DNA of 62,972 bases. Source: Candidatus Aenigmatarchaeota archaeon (GTDB lineage Archaea; Aenigmatarchaeota; Aenigmatarchaeia; CG10238-14; SpSt-28). Under the pieces are notes generated by a model that did no database searches, was not told the origin of the DNA, and was given only the letters and a program-made list of their open reading frames with translations. Numbering within the stretch: position 1 is the stretch's first letter; each line of letters starts with the position of its first letter. Positions 60,836 to 62,972 of this stretch are shown here, in pieces. The stretch lies in assembly GCA_038997305.1 (NCBI GenBank), contig JAWAZZ010000003.1, positions 1 through 62,972 of the forward strand, in the 5' to 3' direction. Both the position numbers and the translations under genes were made by a program.

Positions 60836-62016
60836 CATTTTCACTAATAACGTTTTTATTTGTGGGAATTTTATTTTTAATCTTATTTTACTTTTTTTCT
60901 ATAGAGGAGATTTCTTTGAAAAGAATTTATAGTAAAGAGGAAATAGATATTATTTTAAAAACGTTAAATTTTGTTAAAAGTGACTTAGCAAACTTTTTAG
61001 AAATCTCCATACCAAGAATTATTAATGCTATAATAAGTTATGAAATAGAAAATGGAGTTTTTATTAACGATATAAAAGAAACTATAAAAAACTATTTGTT
61101 CTATTCAAAATTCTTAAACTCTAGTTATTTGCTTCAAAACTCTAGCTTAATAGATTATAATCTGAGAATTAAAAACTTTTTATCGAAATACAATATTTTT
61201 GTAGAAATTACTCCAATAGATTTTGGAATTTATCATTATGATGCATTCAAAATCTTTGTTAATTTAAGTTTGCAGATAAAAATTATATATAAAAATAATT
61301 TTTTGAGCACTATAGAAACTATTCAAAGGAATATTTCTATTTTGAATTTCGAAGATCCATTTTATGTAATTAATTCTAGAGGAATTGCATCAAACAGAAT
61401 TTCAACAAGAAATTTTGAGTATTTTGTTTCTAAGGATTTAATAGGTAATGGCAGCGGAATAGTTTTGGCAAAAACAATAATACTTTTCGATAGAGATTCT
61501 ATTATAAACCTTCAAAATAAAGGAAGCTACATTTTAGTTACTAAAAACGATTCACAAATTTCTAATGTAATAAATCAGTTTGCTGGAATTATTTTAGAAA
61601 AAAATACTTCCATAATTACAATTCCTCATGTAATTGGAAACATTTCAAAAATAAAGAATGAAAGTTATTATGTTTTAAAGAATGGGAATGCTTATAATGT
61701 TGATAATATTTATTTTTCTTTGAAAAATCAGCTTTGTTTCAGAAGTAATGAAGGTGCAAGCTTTTTAGATAGATTAGAAGGTAGAAACTTTTTAAGCAAT
61801 AAATTTAAGCTAGCAGAAAATGTTGGATTAGAATGTTTTGTAGATAAAGATTATTTAGAGCTTAGTGGTGCGGATGTTTATATGAATAAAACTAATATCG
61901 ATTATCTCTATTTCTCTAGTTTAAGTATAACATCTTATAAAGTTTCTGGTTTTAGAAATTTCTATATAGATGCTAATCATACTTCAAAATATCAGCTAGA
62001 AGAGTTAATAGAATAA
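60820..62016 (+). CDS. Large pilin-like protein (398 aa) with a canonical archaeal class III signal peptide
   Basis: I prefer the ATG at 60820 (MAKG|LTFSLITFLFVGILFLILFYFF, a K-G cleavage motif) to the ATG at 60784. The gene overlaps the upstream gene by 16 nt. Confidence 0.7.
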   Translation: MAKGLTFSLITFLFVGILFLILFYFFSIEEISLKRIYSKEEIDIILKTLNFVKSDLANFLEISIPRIINAIISYEIENGVFINDIKETIKNYLFYSKFLNSSYLLQNSSLIDYNLRIKNFLSKYNIFVEITPIDFGIYHYDAFKIFVNLSLQIKIIYKNNFLSTIETIQRNISILNFEDPFYVINSRGIASNRISTRNFEYFVSKDLIGNGSGIVLAKTIILFDRDSIINLQNKGSYILVTKNDSQISNVINQFAGIILEKNTSIITIPHVIGNISKIKNESYYVLKNGNAYNVDNIYFSLKNQLCFRSNEGASFLDRLEGRNFLSNKFKLAENVGLECFVDKDYLELSGADVYMNKTNIDYLYFSSLSITSYKVSGFRNFYIDANHTSKYQLEELIE

Positions 62017-62018
62017 TT

Positions 62019-62756
62019 ATGAACGAAAAAGATTTGATAATAGCTATTATTCTAACTATCTTAACTATTTCTTTAGCTTATTTTTTGGCTAAAGATATTG
62101 AAAGAATAGAAAAAGAAAAAGTTGAAAAAATTAATCAAACTTTTGAAATTAATTCAAGTTTTGAAAATTTTGAAAATATAACTTATAAAAATGAAAGCAA
62201 AACAGAAACAACAAAAAATAATAGAACATCTTCATCGAATATTTCAAATATTAATATCCCAAGCGCTACAGAAAAAACATCTATAAATAAAGAAGAAGTA
62301 AAATCAATAAACTATACTAAGTTTGAAGAAGCATATGTTTATGATGTTTGCTATGCTAGCGAAATTCTTAGCATTGAAGGAAGAAATTTAATATGTTTGA
62401 ACGAAATTCCAAAAAAGATTTCTATTAAGTTTGATGAAAATAAAATATCTATTTCATATAACGATAAGCTTTATAGAGAAGATAGCTTAAATGAAGAAAT
62501 TCTTATAGCATATGCTTATGCAAAAGATTTTTATGGAGTCGAAGGAGAAATAAAAAGTGTTTTTACAAATTCTTCTTTTGCATACATTCCTTCTTATAGC
62601 TTTGGAGAAATTAACTATTATAATCAAACTATTGTTTATCTTTCTTTCCCTATTTTTGCTAAAACTAAAGATATTAAGAATGAAACTCTTTATATTTTTG
62701 TTGAGACTTCGCTAAAGAATTATTTAATTTCTTCTATAGAAATAAGTAGAGATTGA
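62019..62756 (+). CDS. N-terminally anchored protein (245 aa), last gene of the pilin operon
   Basis: The ATG lies 2 nt after the previous stop. The N-terminus MNEKDLIIAIILTILTISLAYFLA is followed by an S/T/N-rich spacer and then a globular part. Confidence 0.65.
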   Translation: MNEKDLIIAIILTILTISLAYFLAKDIERIEKEKVEKINQTFEINSSFENFENITYKNESKTETTKNNRTSSSNISNINIPSATEKTSINKEEVKSINYTKFEEAYVYDVCYASEILSIEGRNLICLNEIPKKISIKFDENKISISYNDKLYREDSLNEEILIAYAYAKDFYGVEGEIKSVFTNSSFAYIPSYSFGEINYYNQTIVYLSFPIFAKTKDIKNETLYIFVETSLKNYLISSIEISRD

Positions 62757-62776
62757 AATATTTCGATAAAATATTT

Positions 62777-62972
62777 ATGATAGAAATTATTAAGGCTAAA
62801 GATATTAAGAACGATAAGAAAGTTTTAGAATTGCTTACTCCTTATTTTAGAAGATGGTTTGAAAAAAAGTTTAATGGAAAATTAACTTTACCTCAAAAAT
62901 ATTCTATACCTTTAATAAAAGAGGGAGAAAATGTTTTAATAACTTCTCCAACAGGCAGCGGAAAAACTTTGG
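62777..62972 (+). CDS. lhr: Lhr-like superfamily-2 (DEAD/DEAH) helicase, N-terminal fragment that runs off the window
   Basis: LELLTPYFRRWFEKKFNGKLTLPQKYSIPLIKEGENVLITSPTGSGKTL shows the Q-motif region plus the Walker A PTGSGKT in the arrangement typical of Lhr-type helicase N-termini. Confidence 0.6.
   Translation, partial: MIEIIKAKDIKNDKKVLELLTPYFRRWFEKKFNGKLTLPQKYSIPLIKEGENVLITSPTGSGKTL

Noticed and set aside
62756-62776. Two copies of the self-complementary octamer AAATATTT separated by CGATA, directly upstream of the Lhr-like ATG
   Set aside because: The second copy abuts the ATG, so the pair cannot be a TATA box at about -26. In DNA this AT-rich such octamers are expected by chance. 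I note it only as a possible operator.
1-62972. Search for tRNA, rRNA, other structured RNAs, transposases, integrases or prophage genes
   Set aside because: Non-coding DNA totals only a few hundred nt, in gaps of at most 147 nt. No GC-rich cloverleaf-like island, terminal inverted repeats or recombinase motifs were seen. I cannot exclude small antisense or intragenic RNAs without a computational scan.

Overview
This 62,972-bp window is very AT-rich (by eye about 25-30% GC; not computed) and almost entirely coding. Several hallmarks point to an archaeon: short class III (type IV pilin-like) signal peptides with Q-x-[AS]-[LI]-E-[YF], and a FlaI/TadA-type secretion ATPase with two separate FlaJ/TadB-TadC-like platform genes. 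A/T-rich TATA-like elements sit about 25 nt upstream of ATGs, Shine-Dalgarno sites are almost absent, and there are many 4-nt ATGA gene overlaps. A small-genome, DPANN-like symbiont is an inference, not something the sequence proves. Nearly every gene encodes cell-envelope machinery.
(1) nt 1-27048 is a single uninterrupted ORF that is already open at nt 1, so the gene is larger than 27 kb and the protein has at least 9,015 aa. It is a chain of beta-sandwich modules, including 12 tandem copies of a ~320-aa three-domain super-repeat. It ends in a Cys motif, a P/A/G linker, one hydrophobic helix and a cytoplasmic HerA/FtsK-type (DUF87-like) P-loop ATPase domain.
(2) Tightly coupled downstream genes encode a SHOCT-motif coiled-coil protein, a 1,911-aa second surface protein, a MinD/ParA-like ATPase, a small membrane protein and three more long coiled-coil proteins.
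(3) A minus-strand operon (41651-46043) encodes a compositionally distinct secreted protein, a second MinD/ParA-like ATPase, a 703-aa anchored surface protein, a small protein and a wHTH regulator.
(4) A plus-strand operon (46097-52514) encodes five envelope proteins, including a 1,236-aa protein with a seven-repeat propeller-like region.
(5) An Epd/Tad-like type IV filament locus (52509-62756) has a CBS-wHTH protein, the ATPase, two platform proteins and six pilin-like genes.
(6) A 5' fragment of an Lhr-like helicase gene lies at the right edge.
I recognised no rRNA, tRNA, CRISPR array, transposase, integrase or reverse transcriptase. The most interesting candidate is the giant adhesin fused to an ATPase, together with its coiled-coil, MinD and second-adhesin neighbours. 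I interpret this as a possible cell-cell attachment or translocation apparatus. All domain calls come from reading motifs by eye and need profile searches.
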